This document shows, piece by piece, positions 18,703 to 26,659 of a stretch of DNA of 32,000 bases (the first letter of the stretch is position 1; each line of letters opens with the position of its first letter). The stretch lies in contig LT962688.1 of assembly GCA_900234795.1 (NCBI GenBank), forward strand, positions 5,610,001 through 5,642,000. The letters run 5' to 3'. The position numbers and the translations under genes are program-made. A model generated the notes under the pieces. That model made no database searches and was not told the DNA's origin. It saw only the letters and a list, made by a program, of their open reading frames with translations. This DNA is from Methylorubrum extorquens (GTDB lineage: Bacteria; Pseudomonadota; Alphaproteobacteria; Rhizobiales; Beijerinckiaceae).

Positions 18703-18807
18703 TCAGCGCCTGTGACGCGTCGGGGTCGTCGCCCGGCCGGTGAGCCGGCGGCTGATGAAGGCGATGACCCTCGGCAGGACGAGGGCGGTGAGAAGCTTGC
18801 GGATCAT
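18703..18807 (-). CDS. Candidate 34-aa small protein (below the ORF-track size cut-off)
   Basis: Own translation gives MIRKLLTALVLPRVIAFISRRLTGRATTPTRHRR. There is a strong Shine-Dalgarno sequence (GGGAGACAACC-ATG). It starts 23 nt after the stop of the upstream stress gene. Confidence 0.3.
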   Translation of the reverse strand: MIRKLLTALVLPRVIAFISRRLTGRATTPTRHRR

Positions 18808-18830
18808 GGTTGTCTCCCAAATTGCGGCGC

Positions 18831-19214
18831 TCAGCGCGACGGGCGCGCGAGCCAGCCCAGCGTGAAGGCGGCCGCGGCGATGCCGAGCAGGGTCGAAGTG
18901 CGGTTGGAATCGGCGTAGCGGACGCCGCGGCGACCGTAATCCCGGCCGCGGCGGCGGGCCTCGCCGGCGTAACGGCGCCCGTCCTGAAGCAGGTCGTCGG
19001 CCCGTTCGCGTGCGGAATGGGCGAGGTGTTCGCCGTCGCGGGCGAGATCTTCGATGCGGTCGCGGGCGCTGCCATAGGCGTATTGCGCCCCGCCGGCCAC
19101 TTGGTTCGCGGCACCGCGCACTTGGCGGACCGGGTCACCCGTGACGCCGCCGAGGGCGGTCTGGGCGCGGCCCTTGATGTGACGGGACGCGCCGCGGAAC
19201 TGATCGCGGTTCAT
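18831..19214 (-). CDS. CsbD-like N-terminus fused to a DUF883 (ElaB/YqjD-like) membrane-anchored stress protein
   Basis: The ATG at 19214 follows GGAGAGAGCC and gives MNRDQFRGASRHIKGRAQTALGGVTGD... (CsbD-like). The C-terminal LLGIAAAAFTLGWLARP is an anchor like the ElaB family. Length is 127 aa. Confidence 0.7.
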   Translation of the reverse strand: MNRDQFRGASRHIKGRAQTALGGVTGDPVRQVRGAANQVAGGAQYAYGSARDRIEDLARDGEHLAHSARERADDLLQDGRRYAGEARRRGRDYGRRGVRYADSNRTSTLLGIAAAAFTLGWLARPSR

Positions 19215-19289
19215 GGCTCTCTCCGAATGACGAGTGGGAAGGGCAAAGGGGAGGGGGACGGGGCCGGCCCGGCCGGCCCCGAACAAGGA

Positions 19290-19493
19290 TCAGTGCTTGC
19301 CGGTGACCTTGTCGGCGAGGTTCTTGGCACCGTCCTTGACGTCGCCGACCGTCTTCTGAGCCTCGCCTTTCAGCTCTTGGGCCTTGCCCTCGGCCACGAG
19401 CTTGTCGTTACCGGTGACGTTGCCGATGCCCTGCTTGACGTTGCCGGCCGCCTCGTTGGCCAGGCCCTTGATCTTGTCGGTCGTGCTGCTCAT
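19290..19493 (-). CDS. CsbD-family general stress protein
   Basis: 67 aa: KIKGLANEAAGNVKQGIGNVTGNDKLVAEGKAQELKGEAQKTVGDVKDG. It has the canonical CsbD repeat pattern and AAGGAGAG before the ATG. Confidence 0.85.
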   Translation of the reverse strand: MSSTTDKIKGLANEAAGNVKQGIGNVTGNDKLVAEGKAQELKGEAQKTVGDVKDGAKNLADKVTGKH

Positions 19494-19544
19494 CGGATGC
19501 TCTCCTTTTAGGTGGTCAGGCTCACCGGCAGCGCCGGTCGTGGA

Positions 19545-19570
19545 GGCTCCCGCCGCTGGCGGCGGGAGCC
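19545..19570 (-). terminator. Strong GC hairpin after the 303-aa membrane protein gene
   Basis: GGCTCCCGCCG-(4 nt)-CGGCGGGAGCC is a perfect 11-bp stem, 14 nt beyond the stop at 19584. It has no U-tract. Confidence 0.5.
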
Positions 19571-19583
19571 GAGGGAAGGGTGA

Positions 19584-20495
19584 TCAGGCGCGGCGGCCGT
19601 CGTAGGTGCCGACGAGCGTTGCGGGCTTCGGGGCGCCGAGGCGTCCGCCGAAGAAGGCGGCGAGGGCGCCGAGGATCAGCGCCAGGGCCGCGTAGAAGGC
19701 GCCCTGGGTGGCGGCGGACTTGGCGGCGACGGCGGCGGCTTCGGCCTTCTGCTTGGCCGTGGCGACGGCCTGCTCGTACTGCTTCTCGTATCCGTCGATC
19801 TGCGCCTTGGCCTGGTCGGGCGCGATGCCCTGCGCCTTGGCGAGCGCGTCGGCGGCGCGGCTCTTGGCCTGCTCCTTCTGGGCCGGGTCGCCCGACAGGA
19901 CGGCACGAACCGCTGCGACGGCTGCATCACGGGCGGCCTGCGGGTCCTGGCCGGCGGACTGCTCGCGAACCGTCCGCTCGATGCCGTCGAGCGGGTTGGC
20001 GATCTTCGACAGCGAGGGGGCTGCGGCCTGGGCCGCGGTCTGCACCGTGCCACCGACGAGGTTGCCGGCGCTGCCGAGCGCGCCCGAAACCGTGCCGAGC
20101 GTGCCGCCGACGAGGCCGCTCGCGGCCGAGGTGATGAGGTACAGAACCACCAGCGTGGTTACTGCCCAGGCGACGAGGCCGTGCAGGGCGGCCACGCCGG
20201 GCAGTGGCTTGCCGGAGAGGCGACCGGCGATGACACCGCCGGCCAGCGAGGCGACGATGCCGGAGACCACGAACCACAGCCCCGCACCGAGCGAGAAGGT
20301 TGAGGCGTCCGGATTGTCGGCGGCATTGGTGCCGACGGAGGCCAAGCCGACGCCCACTCCGACGAGGTTCAGGACGACCTGGGTCACGAGGGCGGTCACG
20401 GCGCCGGCGAAGATGGCGCCCCAGGACACCTCGTTGAGCAGTACGGCCCGCGTGTCGCCGGCAGCGACGGGGGATAGGCTTGTAGTCGTGGTCAC
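19584..20495 (-). CDS. Gly/Ala-rich multi-pass membrane protein with a C-terminal coiled Ala/Lys/Gln-rich region and a terminal TM segment
   Basis: The GTG at 20495 follows CCGGAGTAACTGC and gives VTTTTSLSPVAAGDTRAVLLNEVSWGAIFAGAV.... It has four glycine-zipper-like TM segments, then QKEQAKSRAADALAKAQG...KQKAEAAAVAAKS, then a last TM. The part of the track ORF upstream of 20495 overlaps the next gene and looks like shadow. Confidence 0.65.
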   Translation of the reverse strand: MTTTTSLSPVAAGDTRAVLLNEVSWGAIFAGAVTALVTQVVLNLVGVGVGLASVGTNAADNPDASTFSLGAGLWFVVSGIVASLAGGVIAGRLSGKPLPGVAALHGLVAWAVTTLVVLYLITSAASGLVGGTLGTVSGALGSAGNLVGGTVQTAAQAAAPSLSKIANPLDGIERTVREQSAGQDPQAARDAAVAAVRAVLSGDPAQKEQAKSRAADALAKAQGIAPDQAKAQIDGYEKQYEQAVATAKQKAEAAAVAAKSAATQGAFYAALALILGALAAFFGGRLGAPKPATLVGTYDGRRA

Positions 20496-20538
20496 GCAGT
20501 TACTCCGGTGGTCAGAGAAGTCGAAAAGAAGGGAGGTG

Positions 20539-20880
20539 TCAGAGCCGGCTGACGAGAAGGCCCAGGCCGAAGCCGACCGCGGCGGCAATGAGAAGCGAGG
20601 TGCCCGGCGCCTCGGAGACGTATCCGCCGACATCGCGGGATCCCTCGCGCAGGGTGCGGCGGCTCCGGTCGTAGGCGTCCTCGGCATAGTCGGAGACCTC
20701 GTCTGCGGCGTGCCGGACAGCGTCCTTGGCCTGGCCGTAAAGGTTCTCGGCGGTGCCTTGTGCTTCGCGGAAGCGGCCCTCGACGGAATCGTTCTTCGAG
20801 CCGGTCAGGTCGCCGACCGCGCCCTGAGCCTTGCCGCCGAACTCCTTCGCGGCGCCCGTGATCCTGTCCGTATCGACCAT
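20539..20880 (-). CDS. CsbD-like N-terminus fused to a DUF883 (ElaB/YqjD-like) membrane-anchored stress protein
   Basis: The ATG at 20880 follows GAGGAGAATGAC and gives MVDTDRITGAAKEFGGKAQGAVGDLTGSKNDSVEGRFREAQG.... The C-terminus is SLLIAAAVGFGLGLLVSRL. Length is 113 aa. Confidence 0.7.
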   Translation of the reverse strand: MVDTDRITGAAKEFGGKAQGAVGDLTGSKNDSVEGRFREAQGTAENLYGQAKDAVRHAADEVSDYAEDAYDRSRRTLREGSRDVGGYVSEAPGTSLLIAAAVGFGLGLLVSRL

Positions 20881-20938
20881 GTCATTCTCCTCGTGTTCTT
20901 GAAGGACCGGCACGCCGATGTGCCGGATGACCTTCGGG

Positions 20939-21094
20939 TCATTTGCTGCGCGGTGCGGCCTTCGACCGCTGCACTTGGCGCTTCTGAGCCTTGCCCTCGG
21001 CTTCGACGCGGGCATCACCCGTCAGCTTGCCGATGGCCTCCTTCACCGAACCCTTGGCTTCGGTGGTGGACGTCGATTTCAGGCGGTCGGTCAT
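20939..21094 (-). CDS. Short CsbD-like protein (51 aa)
   Basis: The ATG at 21094 gives MTDRLKSTSTTEAKGSVKEAIGKLTGDARVEAEGKAQKRQ..., which has the CsbD signature G.LTGD...EGKA. Confidence 0.6.
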   Translation of the reverse strand: MTDRLKSTSTTEAKGSVKEAIGKLTGDARVEAEGKAQKRQVQRSKAAPRSK

Positions 21095-21189
21095 GAGCAC
21101 CTCGCGAGCGACTGGGAAAAACCCGGCCGGCTTGAGATGTCCGCTCGCGCGCGCCAATCAATAGTATCAAAATACCAGTAGAGCGGTTT

Positions 21190-22650
21190 TTACGTACCGG
21201 CGGGGTGGAGCGGAAAGCCGTTCTCGCGTCCCCAGATCACGGCCTCCGCCCGTTTGTGGACGCCGAGCTTGCGGTAGAGCGCGGCACCGTGGTTCCGGAC
21301 GGTGTTACGGGAGAGGTTGAGCCGCTTGGCGATGGCGTCGTCATCGAGGCCGGTGCAGATCAGGTTCAGGATCTGGCGCTCGCGCACGGTGAGGATCGGG
21401 CTGGCTCCGTCGCCGTCGTGGCCGCCGGGCTGGCGCAGGTTGGCCAGCTTCTCGATGAGCCCGCGGCTGAACCATGAAGTGTCGGCCATCACCGCCTCGA
21501 TGGCCTCGAACAGCTCGCGCTCGCCGCGCTTGCGCTCGGTGATGTCCTGCAGGACGAGCAGAGCGAAGGTCTCCTCGCCGATCTCGACGCGCTCGGCGGA
21601 GGCGAGGCAGTCGAGTTCCGACCCGTCCTGGTGGCGCAGGCAGACCTCCTGCCCAGGGACGAAACCGGTGCGCCCGACCGCTTCCTCGAACCGCTCGCGG
21701 GCTGCATCGGCCACCCACAGCCCGGTCTCGGAGGGTGAGCGCCCGACCACGCTATCCTCGCCGTAGCCGAAGACGCGGGTGAACGCGTCGTTGATGCTGG
21801 TCACCGTGAAACCGTCCAGGCGCGCCAGCAGCGTCGGCACCGGGGTCAACCGGAACGCCGTGGCGAAACGCTCCTCGCTCTGCCGGAGCGCGGTCTCGGC
21901 CTTCCGGCGCAGTTCGAGATCGGCGAAGGTGAACAGCATGCAGGGCTCTTCGCCCATCTCGATGGGCTGGCCCGCGACGATGACGAAACGCGAACCGCCC
22001 TCCGGCAGGTTGAGACAGGCTTCCATCTGCGGGATGGTGCCGCCCTCGTTCAGGCGCGACACGGCGAGGTCGCGGTTGCGGGCGCCGGCCAGCACATCGA
22101 CCTCGTAGACGCTGCGGCCGATGACGGCATCACGGACATAGCCCGTCATCTCCAGGAAGCCGGCGTTCACCTTGACGTGGCGCAGGTCGGACAGCCGGGT
22201 GATGATGGCAGGCGCCGGGTTGGCGTTGAAGGTCTTCTCGAAGCGCTCCTCGGCCTCGAACTGGTCCGACACGTCCTTGAGGATGAGGGCGAGGCAACTC
22301 GGCTTGCCGTCGCGGTCGGTGGCGACCAAGCTGCGGAGCGAATGGACGAAGTAGACGTCCGGGCGGTCTGGCTGCCGCACCTCGAGGACGACATCGTGGA
22401 AACGCTCGCCTGCGACCACCCGCTCGATCGGATAATGCTCGGGCGCGCGATTGTTGCGGTAGCGCAGGGCAAAGCGCTCACGGTAGGCATCGACGGTCGC
22501 GCCCAGTCCGTCGAGGGTCTCGACGCCATGCATGGCAAGCGCGGCCTCGTTGGCGTAGGCGATGGTCTGGTCGGGCTCGACCAGGATCACGCCCTCGCTC
22601 AGGCCGGCGATGATCTGCCGAAGCTCATGCCTGTCTACATCCGCCGTCAC
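21190..22650 (-). CDS. Triple-PAS domain LuxR-family (HTH) transcriptional regulator
   Basis: 486 aa with three PAS-like repeats (LSEGVILVEPDQTIAYANEAA..., FNANPAPAIITRLSDLRHVKVNAGF..., FRLTPVPTLLARLDGFTVTSINDAF...). The C-terminus is LTVRERQILNLICTGLDDDAIAKRLNLSRNTVRNHGAALYRKLGV. It has a GTG start at 22650 with GAGGGAG upstream. Confidence 0.85.
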   Translation of the reverse strand: MTADVDRHELRQIIAGLSEGVILVEPDQTIAYANEAALAMHGVETLDGLGATVDAYRERFALRYRNNRAPEHYPIERVVAGERFHDVVLEVRQPDRPDVYFVHSLRSLVATDRDGKPSCLALILKDVSDQFEAEERFEKTFNANPAPAIITRLSDLRHVKVNAGFLEMTGYVRDAVIGRSVYEVDVLAGARNRDLAVSRLNEGGTIPQMEACLNLPEGGSRFVIVAGQPIEMGEEPCMLFTFADLELRRKAETALRQSEERFATAFRLTPVPTLLARLDGFTVTSINDAFTRVFGYGEDSVVGRSPSETGLWVADAARERFEEAVGRTGFVPGQEVCLRHQDGSELDCLASAERVEIGEETFALLVLQDITERKRGERELFEAIEAVMADTSWFSRGLIEKLANLRQPGGHDGDGASPILTVRERQILNLICTGLDDDAIAKRLNLSRNTVRNHGAALYRKLGVHKRAEAVIWGRENGFPLHPAGT

Positions 22651-22701
22651 GCCCGCGTCGCTCCCTCTCGCGCCAAGCTGCCAAGCCGACAGCTGTGCTC
22701 A

Positions 22702-22726
22702 AACGAATTGCGCGCAAAGCGGTTCC
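22702..22726 (-). promoter_or_regulatory. EcfG-type (alphaproteobacterial general stress sigma factor) promoter motif upstream of the PAS-LuxR gene
   Basis: The minus strand reads GGAAC-CGCTTTGCGCGCAATT-CGTT, an exact GGAAC-N16-CGTT. The CGTT ends 51 nt upstream of the GTG start. Confidence 0.45.
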
Positions 22727-23257
22727 GGAACGGAGTTAGTAATTCGGGATCACGCCGCTGATATCAGGGGACCGGACGCCTCGCTCGGTCCGGCGTCTGG
22801 CGTCGCGATCTTGAAGCCGTCAGCCCCGGCGACGAAGCGTACGTGAGAGGGCAGTTCGCGTGTGCTGACCGTGTGTCGCAGCCACGGCCGATCTCGGCAG
22901 CATCGTCACCGGTTTGACGGGGCGACACGACGATGGGCGGGACCATCATCGTTCATTTTGAAATTAGGCAAGCATACCCTCGCACCACCCCGCGTATCCG
23001 CAAGGCAGTGATTACGATCGCGCCGCGTAGCCGAAGCTTCGGCGTCACTGGATATGCTGAAAGTCGGTCAGGAAGCTGACTTCAACGCTCGCCGGAGCTT
23101 AGTGATCTCAACGGCTTACGAGTTTGCAAAGCAGGTGGCGGAGACGGAGGGAATTTCCGAAGGAATGGCCCAACCCGTTCTCGTGCGCACAAGTCTCTGC
23201 GGTCGCTGGACTTTCGGGACATGCTGCGGGACAAATCGATGTTCCGAGGCGGCCGCC

Positions 23258-24840
23258 ATGCCCCGAAAGCCCGATCCGAAGAACGGCTATCTGGGACTGC
23301 ACGACGGGTACGACCGCGTCACGATGGGCGTTCCGGCCAAGCTATGTCCACTGCTCGGCTACCGGCCCAAGTGGGCGCTCGGCACGAAGTCTTTGTTGTC
23401 TGCCAACGTGCTGAAATGGCCCGTCGTGAAGGCTTTCAAACCGCCGAAAGACAAAGCCAGGGGATACTTGAAGACCAGCCGCGCTCGGCTCAAGCGGAAG
23501 CAATCGAATGGGTGAAGATTGTCTCCGATGGTCGCGAAAGAAACGATCCGGAGCTTTATGAGCTCCTCGGAGCCATTGATCTTCGCGCCTACGAAATCGA
23601 GTTCGAAGGCGCGGCAACCCAGCTGGTCGACGTCGACGACGGAGAGTCGCTCGAGCAGCACGAGGAAGCCGTGCTGCGCGAAGATGCGGAACAGCGGGCG
23701 GCACACTTCGCGGCCGTGGCTCTCGGCACCGCGACACCCATCGCCCTCCATCACGACGCCTTCATCAAAAGCACGAAGATCAAGGAGCGATCCCTCAAGG
23801 ACGATGTCCGGGCCATGCATATCCTGCTGAAGTGGTGCGCCGCACGCGGGATCGAGCCATACCTGGAACACGTTACCATCAAAGTCGCCGGCCGCTTCGG
23901 GGATGAGATCGAAGAGTTCACGGGTCTCGGATGGGCCTCCTGCACCAAGTACATTAGTCGACTTAGGGCCTACTGGAAGTACCTCGTGAAGAGAACTCCC
24001 ATAGAAGCGAATGTCTGGATCGGGATCAGCCTGAGCAAGCCCAGGATCGAGCCAGACGAGGAGGAAAGAGCCTTCACTGATGCGGAGGTTCAGCGTCTGC
24101 TGATGGGCACGGCCGATCTCGCCATGCTCGACGTCATGCTGGTTGCAGGTTTGACGGGCGCCCGACTCGACGCGGTGATCGACCTGCGCGTCGGCGAATG
24201 CGAGGATGGATGGTTCACCTTCAAGCCGCAGAAGAAGGAGAGGACGATCCGCGATGTGCCGATACATCCGGACCTGTGCGAACTCGTCGCCCGGCGTGTT
24301 GAAGGCAAAAAGCTTGGAGACGACCTGTTCCCCGAATGGCCTGGTCCGAGAGCTGCATGATCCGTAAGGGAGCGCTCATCATACTTCTCTAAGCGTTTCA
24401 CGAAGTACCGGAGAGATCTCGGCGTCGACGACGTAGTCGAAGGCAAGCGCCGCTCGCTCGTGAATTTCCATTCCTTCCGGCGATGGTTCATCACGAAGGC
24501 CGAGCGGGCCGGTGTCGACGGAGACCTGCTGGCTGCGATCGTCGGCCACAGGCGGTCGGGCCTCACCTTGGGCCGCTACAGCGAAGGTCTCGAGATGGAA
24601 GCGGCAAAGGCTGCGGTCGCGAAGGTCAGACTGCCGCCGTTGGACGGCACTCCGATCGTCGAAGCGCGGCCCCTGATGCCGAGGCGCCGGCAGGTCGCTT
24701 CACGATGGCAGGCGGCGGTCCGGCAGCCGATGTCGCGCACTCCCGACGGGTTCCGATGCAAGCCGTCCCATGTCGCGGCTCGTCGAGGACGTAGAGCGTG
24801 CTCCCTCGCGGGCCCCTCTGCAGCTTGGTCTAAAGCTTGA
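23258..24840 (+). pseudogene. Tyrosine recombinase (phage-type integrase), disrupted
   Basis: - The N-terminus MPRKPDPKNGYLGLHDGYDRVTMGV...LKWPVVKAFK lies in one frame (stop at 23515).
- The body continues in another frame (..AEAIEWVKIV...LLKWCAARGIEPY...AGLTGARLDAVIDLRVGE...RTIRDVPIHPDL).
- An in-frame TGA at 24358-24360 splits it from the catalytic C-terminus LVNFHSFRRWFITKAERAGV...IVGHRRSGLTLGRYSEG (HxxR, GH and Y motifs).
- The 3-prime limit is uncertain. Confidence 0.8.
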
Positions 24841-24956
24841 TGCGCTGGGCCTCGCCACCGGAGAGTTCGGTCGGCAGTTGACCTAGGTCGCGACGCCATA
24901 TCGGTTGGCACAGATGAGGCCTGCCGTCATTGGCCCTGTGGATACGGAGGGTCTGG

Positions 24957-25275
24957 GTGGCTCGGATTGTACTGACGGATGGGGAGTGGGCGTTCATCGA
25001 GCCGTTATTGCCAACGGATGTGCGCGGCAAGGCGCGGGTGAACGACCGGCGTGTGCTCAAGGGCATCTTCTGGCGGCTACGCATGGGAGTGCCCTGGGCC
25101 AACTTCCCAGGCTGCTACGGTCCCCCCTACACGACCTGCGGCAACCGCTTCCGGCGTCGGCGCAGGCACGCGGGATCCTTGAACAACTTATGGATGCTCT
25201 ATCAAAGGCATGCAATTGTGACCTGCAGATGAATGCGGCGAGGCGGTTGCGGCACCCGCCGGCCGGTAAGCGAGC
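24957..25275 (+). mobile_element. IS5-family (IS427-like) transposase gene fragment, frameshifted and 3-prime truncated
   Basis: GGAGG plus a GTG at 24957 gives VARIVLTDGEWAFIEPLLP...RVNDRRVLKGIFWRLRMGVPWANFP..YGPPYTTCGNRFRR. The sequence continues in another frame as GILEQLMDALSKA..DLQM. No DDE region follows. Confidence 0.6.
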
Positions 25276-25281
25276 GAAGGC

Positions 25282-25548
25282 CTACCGAATGGTGTGCCAC
25301 AGATCGGAGACGGTGCGGGCCGCCGCGGTTCGGAGCAGGCCCTTCAACTTGGCGAAGATCTGCTGAGGGGTCGCCGACCGCCAGGTCGGTTGGTGACCAC
25401 TGATCGGATTGAAGTCTGGGTTGTAGGGCGGAGGGTAGAGCAGCCTTGCCCCGGCGGCCTCGATGGCCTCGCGCACACCCGTCACCATGTGGGCCTGCAG
25501 GTTGTCGAGGATGAAGGTGTCGCCGGACCTGAGCACGGGCACGAGTCG
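25282..25548 (-). mobile_element. IS630-family transposase C-terminal fragment
   Basis: LVPVLRSGDTFILDNLQAHMVTGVREAIEAAGARLLYPPPYNPDFNPI....FAKLKGLLRTAAARTVSDLW is the typical C-terminal DDE-region sequence of IS630/Tc1-like transposases. The N-terminal two thirds are missing. Confidence 0.6.
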
Positions 25549-25652
25549 GCATACTCTTTCACCCCTCAACGTCCCAACTCCCAAGCCGTCCCAACCCGCT
25601 CAGCCAGGACTCGGCGCTCCATTGTCTGTCGAGCCCTGTACCAAGCTTACCT

Positions 25653-26153
25653 TCAAGCCGGCTCGGCGACCTTGCGAGACTGACCAGCGCGCTTCGGCTT
25701 AGAGGCCATCGTCGGTTTAGGTGCCGGCTCAGGCGCAGGCTCCGCTTTTTTGCGCGGATTGCCCAGGCCGAGCTGCTTGGCCAGCGCCGAGCGCGATGCC
25801 GAGTAGTTTGCAGCGACTGAGGGGTAATCGTTCGGCAGTCCGTAGCGAGCTCGATACCCTTCGATCGTGAGACCGTGCACGCTGAGATGCCGCTTCAGGG
25901 TGCGATATGGCTTGCCATCAACGTACGAGATCAGCGCGTCCGGCGTAACCGACTTCTTGATCTGCGCTGGCGTCGGCTTCTCGATCTCGCTACCAGCTTC
26001 GGCTGCCGGTGTTGCTGACAGGCTGACAAACGCACCATGCACCTGCAGCAGCAGGGTCGGCAAATCGCATGCTGGGACGGAGTTGTTGCTGACATAGGCA
26101 GCGACGATATCCGCCGTCATCGTGAGCAAGTGGGGTGATGTGTTGTCGTCCAT
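25653..26153 (-). CDS. MucR/Ros-family transcriptional regulator homolog lacking the two zinc-ligand cysteines
   Basis: The ATG at 26153 gives LTMTADIVAAYVSNNSVPACDLPTLLLQVHGAF (Ros N-terminal oligomerisation region). It continues KKSVTPDALISYVDGKPYRTLKRHLSVHGLTIEGYRARYGLPNDYPSVAANYSASRSALAKQLGLG, versus Ros ...[21 protein letters not shown].... It has a long Pro/Lys-rich tail. Confidence 0.85.
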   Translation of the reverse strand: MDDNTSPHLLTMTADIVAAYVSNNSVPACDLPTLLLQVHGAFVSLSATPAAEAGSEIEKPTPAQIKKSVTPDALISYVDGKPYRTLKRHLSVHGLTIEGYRARYGLPNDYPSVAANYSASRSALAKQLGLGNPRKKAEPAPEPAPKPTMASKPKRAGQSRKVAEPA

Positions 26154-26262
26154 AGTGGTGTGCTCTTTCTCAGGCGGCACAATCACGACATTTGCCGTAT
26201 CGCAACAGGTCCACACTAAAATATTTGTGTGGAGGCGTTCAGTTTATCCGGCAGGAGCTTCA

Positions 26263-26292
26263 GCGGGTAGCAGCGGCAAGGCTGCCACCCGC
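26263..26292 (-). terminator. Hairpin directly after the GapR-like gene
   Basis: The minus strand reads GCGGGTGGCAGC-cttgcc-GCTGCTACCCGC, a 12-bp stem with one G-U pair. It begins 9 nt after the stop at 26301. It has no clear U-tract. Confidence 0.45.
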
Positions 26293-26300
26293 CGGAAGAG

Positions 26301-26576
26301 TTAAGCTGCCTGGGCGACGGGCGCAGGAGCATCCATGGCGCGCAGGTAGACCTCCAAAAGGCTCTCCTGTTCGTCGCGCTCGTCCTTGTCCTGCTTGCGC
26401 AGCTTCAGGATCTCTTTGAGCACCCTCACGTCGAGGCCTTCGCCCTTAGCCTCGACGAAGATCTCCTTCTTGGTCTCCATTAGATCCTTGATCTCGTCCT
26501 CGATCCGCTCGACGCGTTCGATGATGGAGCGGATCCGCTCACCTGCGACGCCTACCGTGTCCGTGGTGTCGGTCAT
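26301..26576 (-). CDS. DUF2312 / UPF0335 protein, GapR-family nucleoid-associated protein homolog
   Basis: The ATG at 26576 gives ..GERIRSIIERVERIEDEIKDLMETKKEIFVEAKGEGLDVRVLKEILKLRKQDKDERDEQESLLEVYL. This aligns closely by eye with Caulobacter GapR (..[49 protein letters not shown]...). Confidence 0.85.
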   Translation of the reverse strand: MTDTTDTVGVAGERIRSIIERVERIEDEIKDLMETKKEIFVEAKGEGLDVRVLKEILKLRKQDKDERDEQESLLEVYLRAMDAPAPVAQAA

Positions 26577-26659
26577 GCGTTCCTCGTGCTCACTGGGCAC
26601 GCGCAATCTCGCGGCTCAGGGTAAGCGAGGCGTTAAAGCCGAGATCGCGTACGCGGGTG

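Noticed and set aside
19215-21189. EcfG-type GGAAC-N16/17-CGTT motifs in front of the individual csbD-like genes
   Set aside because: I looked in each intergenic region on the minus strand and found no acceptable match. Only the site at 22702-22726 upstream of the LuxR gene fits.
22977-22987. CCCTCGCACCA, resembling a tRNA acceptor 3-prime end next to the integrase (possible att site)
   Set aside because: The preceding 75 nt cannot be folded into a cloverleaf: there is no complementary 5-prime acceptor strand and no GTTCGAATC-type T-loop. I found no matching direct repeat at the right end of the island.
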